Assembly (NCBI RefSeq): GCF_056746865.1
Contig: NZ_CM163382.1
Reading direction: 5' to 3' (one strand)
Length of the DNA stretch: 64,000 bases
A program made the translations under genes and the position numbers. Positions 46,483-58,678 of this stretch are shown here, piece by piece; the stretch's first letter is position 1, and each line of letters starts with the position of its first letter. The notes beneath the pieces were generated by a model. The model worked only from the letters and a program-made list of their open reading frames with translations, made no database searches and was not told where the DNA came from.

Positions 46483-47937
46483 TTATACAAGGGGACGATT
46501 CTCAATGGGACTATCCTCAGGGGAATTTTCCTCAGAGGAACTATCATCAAAGTCATCATCCATAGATGAAATACCATCGAATGGTGCCACGCCCGTGATT
46601 AGTTTTATTTTATTATTACGATCAGTCAAGACTCCATTTAAACCATTTTCGCTGACGGATTTTAATAATTTATCATAACTCTTATTGTCATCAGGCACAT
46701 TAAAAATACACGGAGTATCAACATCAAACAATGACGTTCCCCAGTTCACATATTGAATATCATAGTTACTGAAGTTCTGTCCAGAAAAGAAGCATCCCTT
46801 AAAATCCAATCCACGTAAATTATATAAACTACCCTCTTCTTTTGGGAGAGCAATTTTAATTCTGGCTATCTCCCAGACAAAATTGCCATTTTTGTATTTG
46901 AATACCGTTTCAAGCTCTCCTCCAGACAACTTGACTTCTGGAAATAATTTGAAATTAAACCCTACATTATTATGTGTCAACGTAGATGAACAAAAGATGG
47001 AAAAAGCTTGCAGTGCTGAATTATAGCTATCGATTTTATCTTGAGGCTGCGCTCTTGGTAAAAACTTATAGCAACACTCATAAAAATTAAGTAGAAACTC
47101 TGATGACCTTCCATTTTTATCAAATAATACCCGCTGAAAATGCTGCACAAACTTATTCGTTTTTTCTTGAATATCTATGGTGTGTTCCTTTGACTCTAAC
47201 AAAGATGAATCCTGTTGAAGTGCATTGCTCATCTGGTTGAGGAACAACTGCATTTCTTTCAACTTATCTCCATAGTGACCTTTAACTTGCTGAGAATTTT
47301 TAGTTACAGTTGAAACCTTATCTGTGTGGTTTTCATATAAATTATGTGATTCCATACAGTCATTTGGCGGCGTTTCTGAAATAACACTACGCGTTCTACC
47401 TGGCTGAAGTGAAGCAACATGAAAATCACTTTTTCTTATATTGCCGAATAGGGTCTGTTCATTTCTCTTAGCGCATTCAATAAACTGATCAACATTATTT
47501 TTATTAGATGACAGGTTAATTTCAGAAACCGCATTTTCTTTGTTCTCCAGCTTTAGTTTAACGAGAAGGTCTTCCCACACCGTTTTTTTTAAAAATACTA
47601 CGTCAGGCTCACCATCAGCAACTAACTCTTGATTATTATCAAAGTGTACGTTGTATACTTTTAATTTATTTTCATTAGCATCATATTTAATACGTTTTAA
47701 TTGTTCTCCGGCTCCCATAATGACAAAAGCATTGCCTTCATGATATTTACATTCAGACATCATTTTTTGTAAAATTTCAAGAGCACCGTTATACGTCCCT
47801 GAGGCAGCTTCTTTACAAATTAATTTTATAATACTATAAGCTAGTAACTCCATGGATTTAGAAGATTTTCTTTCATTACAATTTCCACTATTTATAAATG
47901 TGCTAGTGTTAATTTCGTTGCTTTTACTAACTAACAT
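46483..47937 (-). CDS. hypothetical 484-aa protein (ypjB/ypjC-region homolog) with a short pentapeptide-repeat-like stretch and an acidic tail
   Basis: Long low-GC ORF. NLRGLDFKGCFFSGQNFSNYDIQYVNWGTSLF is pentapeptide-like. Position between the pinH relic and ileY. Confidence 0.65.
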   Translation of the reverse strand: MLVSKSNEINTSTFINSGNCNERKSSKSMELLAYSIIKLICKEAASGTYNGALEILQKMMSECKYHEGNAFVIMGAGEQLKRIKYDANENKLKVYNVHFDNNQELVADGEPDVVFLKKTVWEDLLVKLKLENKENAVSEINLSSNKNNVDQFIECAKRNEQTLFGNIRKSDFHVASLQPGRTRSVISETPPNDCMESHNLYENHTDKVSTVTKNSQQVKGHYGDKLKEMQLFLNQMSNALQQDSSLLESKEHTIDIQEKTNKFVQHFQRVLFDKNGRSSEFLLNFYECCYKFLPRAQPQDKIDSYNSALQAFSIFCSSTLTHNNVGFNFKLFPEVKLSGGELETVFKYKNGNFVWEIARIKIALPKEEGSLYNLRGLDFKGCFFSGQNFSNYDIQYVNWGTSLFDVDTPCIFNVPDDNKSYDKLLKSVSENGLNGVLTDRNNKIKLITGVAPFDGISSMDDDFDDSSSEENSPEDSPIENRPLV

Positions 47938-48693
47938 TGTCTTTTCCTCAGTTAATGTCTACATGGCTATTTTTAATGTTATTATTGTTTGTCACTATAA
48001 AAAATCGCTCATTTGAGACAATTGCTGGCATTAACAGCTTCATATGCTATACATGGTACTTTTAATTAATTTAGCACAAGAATGTTAAATTTAATAAGCA
48101 AAAGGTTATTTCACTGTATGATAAAAACCACCCGTTATAATTTATTCGTGAGAATCGTTTTTTGAGTGTTAGAAATTTATATCTAAATAGCGTTGATTAA
48201 TGACCAAAGCCAGACTCCTGTAATGCTCACAAGACTCTTCTGCATTCGACGGCGGTTCTAGTCAGTAGTAGATGTTTAAGGCGTGGCAGAGACATTTCAT
48301 CCTTACTCTACAGCATTGGTCCACATACAAATCGTGGTTGTGACACTTCACTTATCATCAGTGAGCGAACAGAGAATAGTTCAGTGATTTGAGTAATTAA
48401 CCTGATTAAATGAAGAGGCATGATAAATGATAATACTCTGGCTTTATCGTTAATTACTTAATTCCACATGTAAGCAATTTGCCCGCTTGGCATAGCGGGC
48501 ATTTTTTCCAGGTACTTTTGAATGAGTACTGATGGATAAATACATTGCAGTGGCGTGCCACGTACCAAAACACCAGCCCTCATTCGAAACTACCTACCGC
48601 ACTGCTTCTTTAAAATGGCGTTAGTCGTGAAATATTGACCGCCATCGAGTCCCCCTTGTAACCTTAACTCTTCCTGATACGTGAATAATGATT

Positions 48694-48769
48694 TGGTGGC
48701 CCTTGCTGGACTTGAACCAGCGACCGGACGATTATGAGTCGTCTGCTCTAACCACTGAGCTAAAGGGCC
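48694..48769 (-). tRNA. ileY: tRNA-Ile2 type with CAU anticodon (lysidine-modified in ileX/ileY)
   Basis: The reverse complement GGCCCTTTAGCTCAGTGGTTAGAGCAGACGACTCATAATCGTCCGGTCGCTGGTTCAAGTCCAGCAAGGGCCACCA is 76 nt. It has a cloverleaf, anticodon loop CT-CAT-AA and a CCA end, and is near-identical to my recollection of ileX. Confidence 0.9.
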
Positions 48770-49328
48770 TTGAGTATGCAATAACAATACTTATATACCA
48801 CGCAATAAACATGATGATCTTATGATGTAAATAACAGATTTTTATACGTTCTCATTCATCCTGGGTCGTCATTACCTGCGACATAAAACCCGACACCGAT
48901 TCCATTCACAAAGTCGATACTCTCAGTCAACAAGCAAATGCTAATACTTAGCACTATTTATAGTTACCATCGATTCAATGATAGTTTGTAATGATTTTGT
49001 ATCTAATAATATAACTTTATTACATTAACTGAAGAGTTTTCGCATCATTATGATATCTGTTACTTTTCACCCCATAAAAATAAACTTCATATAGCAATAT
49101 ATTCTTTCATAGATCTTATTCTGCTAATCATTAGTTTCGTATGAGCGATTTTTGACAGTTGCCTCTCCAGACCACATCGATAATTAAAAAAACAGATTTA
49201 AGCATTATCCTTTTCCATATAAATATTGGATAAAAGTAGGACATCTGTTTGCAATTACTTTCACAACAATTAAACATTTTTATGTTTCCGTATACACCAT
49301 ATTACTCTACCATTAGAGGAACTTTATT

Positions 49329-51581
49329 ATGTTTTCTATAAAACCAGGACCAAGAAATTTACCTATCGACAACCCCACATTGTTATCATGGAACATTACT
49401 GACGGGGATCTAAATTCCAAATTAAATACATTAGAATATCTAAACTGTATAACAAATATTATTAATTCTTGTGGAGTTTATCCTCAGGATTTAAAAGACA
49501 GAGAAATTATATCAACTTTTCACGCAGAAAAAGTTATTAATGATCTGTTAAAAAACAATTATAAAATTTCCCTTTTTCCAGATACAACTTACCGAGAGTT
49601 GAATAAAGCAGCACAGCGTAGCATTACAGCGCCAGACAGGATAGGAGAAGGAAAAACATGGGTTTATCAACGAGATACAATGGTTGAAAGAGGTGATAAC
49701 AGCGGTGTTCATCAGTATGGTCCAGCTGAACATTTTACTCACATTATATCTGACAAACCGTCCCCAAAAGATAAGTATGTTGCATATGCTATTAACATTC
49801 CTGACTATGAACTGGCAGCTGATGTATATAATATTAACGTAACGTCACCTACCGGCCAGCAAGAAACATTTAAAATATTAATCAATCCAGAACATCTACG
49901 GCAAACACTTGAGCGTAAATCTCTTACTGCTGTTCAGAAATCACAATGTGAAATCATCACCCCCAAAAAACCTGGCGAAGCGATTCTTCATGCTTTTAAT
50001 GCCACCTATCAACAAATCAGGAAAAATATATCTGAGTTTGCACGTTGTCATTATGGGTATATACAAATCCCTCCCGTAACCACTTTCCGCGCCGACGGAC
50101 CAGAAACTCCCGAAGAAGAAAAAGGTTACTGGTTTCACGCTTATCAACCCGAAGATCTTTGTACTATCCATAATCCAATGGGAGATTTGCAGGATTTTAT
50201 CGCATTGGTTAAAGATGCCAAAAAATTTGGTATCGATATCATCCCTGATTATACATTTAACTTTATGGGAATCGGGGGTAGTGGTAAAAATGATCTGGAT
50301 TATCCCTCTGCCGATATACGAGCGAAGATCAGTAAAGATATAGAAAGTGGTATCCCTGGCTATTGGCAAGGTCAGGTCTTGATTCCCTTTATTATAGATC
50401 CAGTAACAAAAGAACGTGACCAAATCCATCCAGAAGATATACATCTCACTGCAAAAGACTTCGAAGCAAGTAAAGATAATATTTCTAAGGATGAATGGGA
50501 AAACCTCCATGCATTAAAAGAAAAGCGTTTAAATGGAATGCCTAAAACAACCCCCAAAAGTGACCAGGTTATTATGTTGCAAAATCAATACGTTCGTGAA
50601 ATGCGAAAATATGGCGTACGAGGTTTACGTTATGATGCAGCAAAACACTCAAAACATGAACAAATAGAGAGGTCGATAACCCCACCGCTTAAAAATTATA
50701 ATGAGCGGTTGCACAATACAAATTTATTTAATCCAAAATATCAAAAAAAAGCTGTTATGAATTACATGGAATACCTGGTAACTTGTCCGTTAGATGAACA
50801 ACAAATGTCATCGCTGCTTTATGAAAGAGATGATTTAAGCGCCATTGATTTTTCATTGCTCATGAAGACGATAAAAGCCTTTTCATTCGGTGGAGATCTC
50901 CAAGCCCTTGCATCAAAACCGGGCTCCACAATCTCAAGCATCCCATCAGAAAGACGGATATTGATTAACATCAACCACGATTTCCCTAACAATGGTAATC
51001 TTTTCAATGACTTTTTATTTAACCATCAGCAAGATGAACAATTAGCAATGGCATATATGGCCGCTCTCCCGTTCAGCAGGCCTTTAGTTTACTGGGATGG
51101 TCAGGTATTAAAATCAACGACTGAGATTAAAAATGATGATGGGTCCACTCGTGTCGGCGGTGAAGCGTGGCTTAATAAAGGTTGCTCTACCTATCAGCAG
51201 CTCTACAATGAATTCCACGCATTATATATAGATAAAGAAGGAATATGGAGCGCATTTGAGGGTGTATTTGCAACTAAAAATGTTCTGGCCTTTAGTCGTG
51301 GGGATTCTGTGAACATTAATCACTCTCCTCATGATGGACTAGTTATAATAAATAAAGGAAACGAAGAAGTTGAAGGTACCTGGCCTAACAAATTGCAACC
51401 AGGAATATATAAAAACATGGGGAGTAATAGCGTTACCATTATTAATAATAATACACGCAAAAGTATTCCCCCTGGTAAAGTATTTACGCTTAGAGGTGGA
51501 GCTCTAAATATCAATATTCCTGGGCGCAGCGCTCTTCTTTTAGGGAAAACAGGAGAACCGCCGAACTATTTCTATTTGTAA
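49329..51581 (+). CDS. ygaQ: GH13 alpha-amylase-family protein (YgaQ-like), apparently intact
   Basis: 750 aa with GH13 conserved regions GIDIIPDYTFNFMG (region I-like) and GVRGLRYDAAKH (region II, catalytic Asp). Position between ileY and csiD. Confidence 0.8.
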   Translation: MFSIKPGPRNLPIDNPTLLSWNITDGDLNSKLNTLEYLNCITNIINSCGVYPQDLKDREIISTFHAEKVINDLLKNNYKISLFPDTTYRELNKAAQRSITAPDRIGEGKTWVYQRDTMVERGDNSGVHQYGPAEHFTHIISDKPSPKDKYVAYAINIPDYELAADVYNINVTSPTGQQETFKILINPEHLRQTLERKSLTAVQKSQCEIITPKKPGEAILHAFNATYQQIRKNISEFARCHYGYIQIPPVTTFRADGPETPEEEKGYWFHAYQPEDLCTIHNPMGDLQDFIALVKDAKKFGIDIIPDYTFNFMGIGGSGKNDLDYPSADIRAKISKDIESGIPGYWQGQVLIPFIIDPVTKERDQIHPEDIHLTAKDFEASKDNISKDEWENLHALKEKRLNGMPKTTPKSDQVIMLQNQYVREMRKYGVRGLRYDAAKHSKHEQIERSITPPLKNYNERLHNTNLFNPKYQKKAVMNYMEYLVTCPLDEQQMSSLLYERDDLSAIDFSLLMKTIKAFSFGGDLQALASKPGSTISSIPSERRILININHDFPNNGNLFNDFLFNHQQDEQLAMAYMAALPFSRPLVYWDGQVLKSTTEIKNDDGSTRVGGEAWLNKGCSTYQQLYNEFHALYIDKEGIWSAFEGVFATKNVLAFSRGDSVNINHSPHDGLVIINKGNEEVEGTWPNKLQPGIYKNMGSNSVTIINNNTRKSIPPGKVFTLRGGALNINIPGRSALLLGKTGEPPNYFYL

Positions 51582-51591
51582 TTTAATGTTA

Positions 51592-51619
51592 TATCTGCCC
51601 CGCTAAAACGGGGCAGATA
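51592..51619 (+). terminator. hairpin downstream of the amylase-family gene
   Basis: TATCTGCCCCG-ctaaaa-CGGGGCAGATA, a perfect 11-bp stem. The downstream T-run is weak. Confidence 0.5.
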
Positions 51620-51802
51620 ATATGTTTAGTTTACTAACGGTCATTTTGCAGTGAAGCCATTTACTGTTTTTTATCGACCAGATAATCTGTTCTCTGATGG
51701 TAGCTCCCCCTAACCTGTTGCTTTAGTTATTCATTTCCTGTCTCACTTTGCCTTAATACCCCACATTAAATGTTACTAATTTGTTGTCTTTGATCACAAT
51801 AA

Positions 51803-52894
<1,092 letters not shown>

Positions 52895-52913
52895 GCGCAA
52901 AGGAATTGAGCGG

Positions 52914-54182
52914 ATGTATGATTTTGTGATTATTGGCGGCGGCATCATCGGCATGTCGACCGCCATGCAACTGATTGATGTTTATCCGGATGCCCGCATT
53001 GCGTTGCTGGAAAAAGAGTCCGGCCCGGCCTGTCACCAGACGGGCCACAACAGTGGCGTGATCCATGCCGGGGTCTATTACACGCCCGGTAGCCTGAAGG
53101 CACAGTTTTGCCTGGCGGGAAACCGCGCCACCAAAGCCTTTTGCGATCAAAACGGCATTCGCTATGACAACTGCGGAAAGATGCTGGTCGCCACCTCTGA
53201 ACTCGAAATGGAACGGATGCGCGCGTTGTGGGAACGCACGGCGGCTAACGGGATCGAGCGCGAGTGGTTAAACGCTGAGGAACTGCGAGAGCGCGAACCG
53301 AATATCACCGGGCTCGGCGGTATTTTTGTGCCGTCCAGCGGCATTGTCAGCTACCGCGAAGTGACAGCGGCAATGGCAAAAATCTTCCAGGCCAGAGGCG
53401 GTGAGATTATCTATAACGCCGAAGTCAGCGGCCTTAGTGAGCATAAAAACGGTGTGGTGATACGTACCCGACAAGGCGGCGAATATGAAGCATCGACGCT
53501 GATTAGCTGTTCCGGGCTGATGGCTGACCGGCTGGTGAAAATGCTCGGCCTCGAGCCGGGCTTTATTATCTGCCCGTTCCGCGGCGAGTATTTCCGCCTT
53601 GCGCCGGAGCATAACCAGATTGTTAACCACCTGATTTACCCCATTCCCGACCCCGCGATGCCATTTTTGGGCGTGCATCTCACCCGCATGATCGACGGCA
53701 GCGTGACCGTCGGGCCAAACGCGGTGCTGGCTTTCAAACGCGAAGGCTATCGCAAGCGCGACTTCTCATTTAGCGACACGCTGGAAATTTTGGGCTCGTC
53801 GGGGATTCGCCGGGTGCTGCAAAACCATCTACGCTCAGGACTGGGCGAGATGAAAAACTCGCTGTGCAAAAGCGGCTATCTGCGGCTGGTGCAAAAGTAT
53901 TGTCCCCGGCTTTCGTTAAGCGATCTCCAGCCCTGGCCCGCCGGTGTGCGGGCGCAGGCAGTATCGCCGGACGGCAAGCTGATTGACGATTTTCTGTTTG
54001 TCACCACCCCACGCACGATCCACACCTGCAATGCGCCCTCCCCGGCAGCGACATCAGCAATTCCTATTGGTGCGCATATTGTCAGCAAGGTACAAACGCT
54101 GTTGGCAAGCCAGAGTAACCCCGGACGCACGCTGCGAGCGGCACGTAGTGTGGATGCCTTACACGCCGCATTTAATCAATAA
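52914..54182 (+). CDS. lhgO: L-2-hydroxyglutarate oxidase/dehydrogenase (YgaF)
   Basis: MYDFVIIGGGIIGMSTA, an FAD-binding GxGxxG motif. 422 aa. Confidence 0.92.
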   Translation: MYDFVIIGGGIIGMSTAMQLIDVYPDARIALLEKESGPACHQTGHNSGVIHAGVYYTPGSLKAQFCLAGNRATKAFCDQNGIRYDNCGKMLVATSELEMERMRALWERTAANGIEREWLNAEELREREPNITGLGGIFVPSSGIVSYREVTAAMAKIFQARGGEIIYNAEVSGLSEHKNGVVIRTRQGGEYEASTLISCSGLMADRLVKMLGLEPGFIICPFRGEYFRLAPEHNQIVNHLIYPIPDPAMPFLGVHLTRMIDGSVTVGPNAVLAFKREGYRKRDFSFSDTLEILGSSGIRRVLQNHLRSGLGEMKNSLCKSGYLRLVQKYCPRLSLSDLQPWPAGVRAQAVSPDGKLIDDFLFVTTPRTIHTCNAPSPAATSAIPIGAHIVSKVQTLLASQSNPGRTLRAARSVDALHAAFNQ

Positions 54183-54204
54183 CCTTTGAAAACAGGACGT
54201 AACA

Positions 54205-55653
54205 ATGAAACTTAACGACAGTAACTTATTCCGCCAGCAGGCGTTGATTAACGGGGAATGGCTGGACGCCAACAATGGCGAGGTCATCGACGTCACCAAT
54301 CCGGCGAACGGCGACAAGCTGGGTAGCGTGCCGAAAATGGGCGCTGATGAAACCCGCGCCGCTATCGACGCCGCCAACCGCGCCCTGCCCGCCTGGCGTG
54401 CGCTCACCGCCAAAGAACGCGCCAACATTCTGCGCAACTGGTTCAATTTGATGATGGAGCATCAGGACGATTTAGCGCGCCTGATGACCCTCGAACAGGG
54501 CAAACCACTGGCCGAAGCGAAAGGCGAAATCAGCTACGCTGCCTCTTTTATTGAGTGGTTTGCCGAAGAAGGCAAACGTATTTATGGCGACACCATTCCC
54601 GGTCATCAGGCCGACAAACGCCTGATTGTTATCAAACAGCCGATTGGCGTTACCGCCGCCATCACGCCGTGGAACTTCCCGGCGGCGATGATTACCCGTA
54701 AAGCCGGTCCGGCGCTGGCGGCAGGCTGCACGATGGTGCTGAAACCTGCCAGTCAGACGCCGTTCTCTGCGCTGGCGCTGGCGGAACTGGCGATTCGCGC
54801 AGGCGTTCCGGCTGGCGTATTTAACGTGGTCACCGGTTCGGCGGGCGCGGTCGGTAACGAACTGACCAGCAATCCGCTGGTGCGCAAGCTGTCGTTTACC
54901 GGCTCGACCGAAATTGGTCGCCAGTTAATGGAACAGTGCGCGAAAGATATTAAAAAAGTGTCGCTGGAGCTGGGCGGCAACGCGCCATTTATCGTCTTTG
55001 AGGATGCCGACCTCGACAAAGCCGTGGAAGGCGCGCTGGCCTCGAAATTCCGCAACGCCGGGCAAACCTGCGTCTGCGCCAACCGTTTATACGTGCAGGA
55101 CGGCGTGTATGACCGCTTTGCCGAAAAATTACAGCAGGCGGTGAGCAAACTGCACATCGGCGACGGGCTGGAGAATGGCGTCACCATCGGGCCGCTGATC
55201 GATGAAAAAGCGGTAGCAAAAGTGGAAGAGCATATTGCCGATGCGCTGGAGAGAGGTGCGCGTGTGGTTTGCGGCGGTAAAGCGGATGACCGCGGCGGCA
55301 ACTTCTTCCAGCCGACCATTCTGGTGGACGTTCCGGCCAACGCCAAAGTGTCGAAAGAAGAGACGTTCGGCCCCCTTGCCCCGCTATTCCGCTTTAAAGA
55401 TGAAGCCGATGTGATTGCGCAGGCCAATGACACCGAGTTTGGCCTTGCCGCCTATTTCTACGCCCGTGATTTAAGCCGCGTCTTCCGCGTGGGCGAGGCG
55501 CTGGAGTACGGCATCGTCGGCATTAATACTGGCATTATTTCCAATGAAGTGGCCCCGTTCGGCGGCATTAAAGCCTCGGGTCTGGGTCGTGAAGGTTCGA
55601 AGTATGGCATCGAAGATTACTTAGAAATCAAATATATGTGCATCGGTCTTTAA
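54205..55653 (+). CDS. gabD: succinate-semialdehyde dehydrogenase (NADP+)
   Basis: 482 aa, aldehyde dehydrogenase motifs (ELGGNAP, catalytic Cys in GQTCVCANR). Confidence 0.96.
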   Translation: MKLNDSNLFRQQALINGEWLDANNGEVIDVTNPANGDKLGSVPKMGADETRAAIDAANRALPAWRALTAKERANILRNWFNLMMEHQDDLARLMTLEQGKPLAEAKGEISYAASFIEWFAEEGKRIYGDTIPGHQADKRLIVIKQPIGVTAAITPWNFPAAMITRKAGPALAAGCTMVLKPASQTPFSALALAELAIRAGVPAGVFNVVTGSAGAVGNELTSNPLVRKLSFTGSTEIGRQLMEQCAKDIKKVSLELGGNAPFIVFEDADLDKAVEGALASKFRNAGQTCVCANRLYVQDGVYDRFAEKLQQAVSKLHIGDGLENGVTIGPLIDEKAVAKVEEHIADALERGARVVCGGKADDRGGNFFQPTILVDVPANAKVSKEETFGPLAPLFRFKDEADVIAQANDTEFGLAAYFYARDLSRVFRVGEALEYGIVGINTGIISNEVAPFGGIKASGLGREGSKYGIEDYLEIKYMCIGL

Positions 55654-55666
55654 CTGGAGAACGCGA

Positions 55667-56947
55667 ATGAGCAGCAATAAAGAATTAATGCAGCGCCGCA
55701 GTCAGGCAGTTCCTCGTGGCGTTGGGCAAATTCACCCCATTTTCGCTGATCGCGCGGAAAACTGCCGGGTGTGGGACGTTGAAGGCCGTGAGTATCTTGA
55801 TTTCGCGGGCGGCATTGCAGTGCTCAATACCGGGCACCTGCATCCGAAAGTGGTTGCGGCGGTGGAAGCGCAGTTGAAAAAGCTGTCGCACACCTGCTTC
55901 CAGGTGCTGGCCTACGAGCCGTATCTGGAGCTGTGCGAAATAATGAATCAGAAGGTGCCGGGCGATTTTGCCAAAAAAACGCTGCTGGTAACGACCGGTT
56001 CTGAAGCGGTGGAGAACGCGGTGAAAATCGCCCGCGCCGCCACCAAACGCAGCGGGACCATCGCCTTTAGCGGCGCGTATCACGGGCGCACGCATTACAC
56101 GCTGGCGCTGACCGGCAAGGTGAATCCTTACTCTGCGGGCATGGGCCTGATGCCAGGGCATGTTTATCGCGCACTTTATCCGTGTCCACTGCACGGCATA
56201 AGCGAGGATGACGCTATCGCCAGCATCCACCGGATCTTCAAAAATGACGCCGCGCCGGAAGATATCGCCGCCATCGTGATTGAGCCGGTTCAGGGTGAAG
56301 GCGGTTTCTACGCCGCGACGCCAGCCTTTATGCAGCGTTTACGCGCGTTGTGTGACGAGCACGGGATCATGCTGATTGCCGATGAAGTGCAGAGCGGCGC
56401 GGGGCGTACCGGCACGCTGTTTGCGATGGAGCAGATGGGCGTTGCGCCGGATCTTACCACCTTTGCGAAATCGATCGCAGGCGGCTTCCCGCTGGCGGGC
56501 GTCACCGGGCGCGCGGAAGTGATGGATGCCGTCGCTCCAGGCGGTCTGGGCGGCACCTATGCGGGTAACCCGATTGCCTGCGTGGCTGCGCTGGAAGTGT
56601 TGAAGGTGTTTGAGCAGGAAAATCTGCTGCAAAAAGCCAACGATCTGGGGCAGAAACTGAAAGACGGATTGCTGGCGATAGCCGAAAAACATACTGAGAT
56701 CGGCGACGTACGCGGGCTGGGAGCGATGATTGCCATCGAGCTGTTTGAAGATGGCGATCACAGCAAACCAGACGCAAAACTCACCGCCGAGATCGTGGCG
56801 CGTGCTCGCGATAAGGGCTTGATTCTTCTCTCCTGCGGCCCGTATTACAACGTGCTGCGCATCCTTGTACCGCTCACCATTGAAGACGCTCAGATCCGTC
56901 AGGGTCTGGAGATCATCAGCCAGTGTTTTGCAGAGGCGAAGCAGTAG
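55667..56947 (+). CDS. gabT: 4-aminobutyrate aminotransferase
   Basis: 426 aa, class-III aminotransferase with LIADEVQSGAGRTG and TFAKSIAGG (PLP Lys). Confidence 0.96.
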   Translation: MSSNKELMQRRSQAVPRGVGQIHPIFADRAENCRVWDVEGREYLDFAGGIAVLNTGHLHPKVVAAVEAQLKKLSHTCFQVLAYEPYLELCEIMNQKVPGDFAKKTLLVTTGSEAVENAVKIARAATKRSGTIAFSGAYHGRTHYTLALTGKVNPYSAGMGLMPGHVYRALYPCPLHGISEDDAIASIHRIFKNDAAPEDIAAIVIEPVQGEGGFYAATPAFMQRLRALCDEHGIMLIADEVQSGAGRTGTLFAMEQMGVAPDLTTFAKSIAGGFPLAGVTGRAEVMDAVAPGGLGGTYAGNPIACVAALEVLKVFEQENLLQKANDLGQKLKDGLLAIAEKHTEIGDVRGLGAMIAIELFEDGDHSKPDAKLTAEIVARARDKGLILLSCGPYYNVLRILVPLTIEDAQIRQGLEIISQCFAEAKQ

Positions 56948-57052
56948 TCATGTCCGTTCGTAAGAGTTAACCGTTGCTAAGGGAATGATAACGATGCAGT
57001 AAAAAATAATAACGATGAGGCGAACGACAAAGTTAAAAACGACTGCGGACAG

Positions 57053-57145
57053 TCCCCTCGCCCCTCTGGGGAGAGGGTTAGGGTGAGGGGTAAAAAACGC
57101 GACTAACCCCTCCCCCGGCCCTATCCCTGAGGGAGAAGGAGAAAA
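57053..57145. repeat. GC-rich intergenic palindromic repeat, boxC-like
   Basis: TCCCCTCGCCCCTCTGGGGAGAGGGTTAGGGTGAGGGG and CCCCTCCCCCGGCCCTATCCCTGAGGGAGAAGGAG. This CCCTC/GAGGG-type element is one I recall as dispersed in E. coli intergenic regions. Confidence 0.5.
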
Positions 57146-57257
57146 CCATCCCGCTTTCGTTTTTAAGATTTTGTTGACCGTCTCAATTACACGCGTGACC
57201 CGACGCGGGAAATGTCGGGGCGCTCTCCCAAGTGACACACTTTCGAGAGGATTCAGG

Positions 57258-58658
57258 ATGGGGCAATCATCGCAACCACATGAGTTAGGCGGCGGGCTGA
57301 AGTCACGCCACGTCACCATGTTGTCTATTGCCGGTGTTATCGGCGCAAGTCTGTTTGTCGGTTCCAGCGTCGCCATCGCCGAAGCGGGCCCGGCGGTATT
57401 ACTGGCCTATCTGTTCGCCGGATTACTGGTGGTTATGATTATGCGGATGTTGGCGGAAATGGCGGTTGCCACGCCCGACACGGGTTCGTTTTCCACCTAT
57501 GCAGATAAAGCTATTGGTCGTTGGGCGGGCTATACCATCGGCTGGTTGTACTGGTGGTTTTGGGTACTGGTTATCCCGCTGGAAGCCAACATCGCCGCCA
57601 TGATCCTGCACTCGTGGGTTCCAGGCATTCCCATCTGGTTATTTTCCCTCGTCATTACCCTCGCCTTAACTGGCAGTAATTTATTAAGCGTTAAAAACTA
57701 CGGCGAATTTGAGTTCTGGCTGGCGCTGTGCAAAGTCATCGCTATCCTGGCCTTTATTTTCCTTGGTGCAGTCGCAATTAGCGGTTTTTACCCTTATGCC
57801 GAAGTGAGCGGGATCTCAAGATTGTGGGATAGCGGCGGCTTTATGCCCAACGGCTTCGGCGCAGTATTAACCGCGATGTTGATCACCATGTTCTCGTTTA
57901 TGGGCGCAGAAATTGTCACCATTGCCGCCGCGGAATCTGACACGCCGGAAAAACATATTGTCCGCGCCACCAACTCGGTTATCTGGCGTATTTCTATCTT
58001 CTATTTGTGCTCTATTTTTGTCGTCGTGGCATTAATACCGTGGAATATGCCGGGGCTGAAAGCCGTTGGATCTTATCGCTCGGTTCTGGAGTTGCTCAAT
58101 ATTCCCCATGCGAAATTAATCATGGACTGCGTGATATTACTTTCCGTAACCAGTTGCCTGAACTCGGCGCTGTATACCGCTTCCAGAATGCTCTACTCCT
58201 TAAGCCGTCGCGGTGATGCTCCCGCGGTAATGGGTAAAATCAACCGCAGTAAAACCCCGTATGTGGCGGTATTACTCTCGACCGGTGCGGCATTTTTAAC
58301 GGTGGTGGTGAATTATTACGCGCCTGCGAAAGTGTTTAAATTTCTGATCGACAGCTCCGGCGCTATCGCCCTGCTGGTTTATTTAGTCATCGCCGTTTCA
58401 CAATTGCGGATGCGCAAAATTCTGCGAGCAGAAGGAAGCGAAATTCGCCTGCGGATGTGGCTTTATCCGTGGCTCACCTGGCTGGTCATCGGCTTTATTA
58501 CCTTTGTGTTGGTAGTGATGCTATTCCGCCCGGCGCAACAGTTAGAAGTGATCTCCACCGGCTTATTAGCGATAGGGATTATCTGTACCGTGCCAATTAT
58601 GGCTCGCTGGAAAAAGCTGGTATTGTGGCAAAAAACACCCGTTCATAATACGCGCTGA
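57258..58658 (+). CDS. gabP: GABA permease (APC family)
   Basis: The start MGQSSQPHELGGGLKSRHVTMLSIAGVIG gives 466 aa. Confidence 0.94.
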   Translation: MGQSSQPHELGGGLKSRHVTMLSIAGVIGASLFVGSSVAIAEAGPAVLLAYLFAGLLVVMIMRMLAEMAVATPDTGSFSTYADKAIGRWAGYTIGWLYWWFWVLVIPLEANIAAMILHSWVPGIPIWLFSLVITLALTGSNLLSVKNYGEFEFWLALCKVIAILAFIFLGAVAISGFYPYAEVSGISRLWDSGGFMPNGFGAVLTAMLITMFSFMGAEIVTIAAAESDTPEKHIVRATNSVIWRISIFYLCSIFVVVALIPWNMPGLKAVGSYRSVLELLNIPHAKLIMDCVILLSVTSCLNSALYTASRMLYSLSRRGDAPAVMGKINRSKTPYVAVLLSTGAAFLTVVVNYYAPAKVFKFLIDSSGAIALLVYLVIAVSQLRMRKILRAEGSEIRLRMWLYPWLTWLVIGFITFVLVVMLFRPAQQLEVISTGLLAIGIICTVPIMARWKKLVLWQKTPVHNTR

Positions 58659-58678
58659 TAATGATCAGGAGTCACACC

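Noticed and set aside
56948-57376. 142-aa minus-strand ORF in the gabT-gabP intergenic region
   Set aside because: It spans the boxC-like GC-rich repeat and the gabP 5' region, with no start context or motifs. The area is better explained as repeat plus promoter region.
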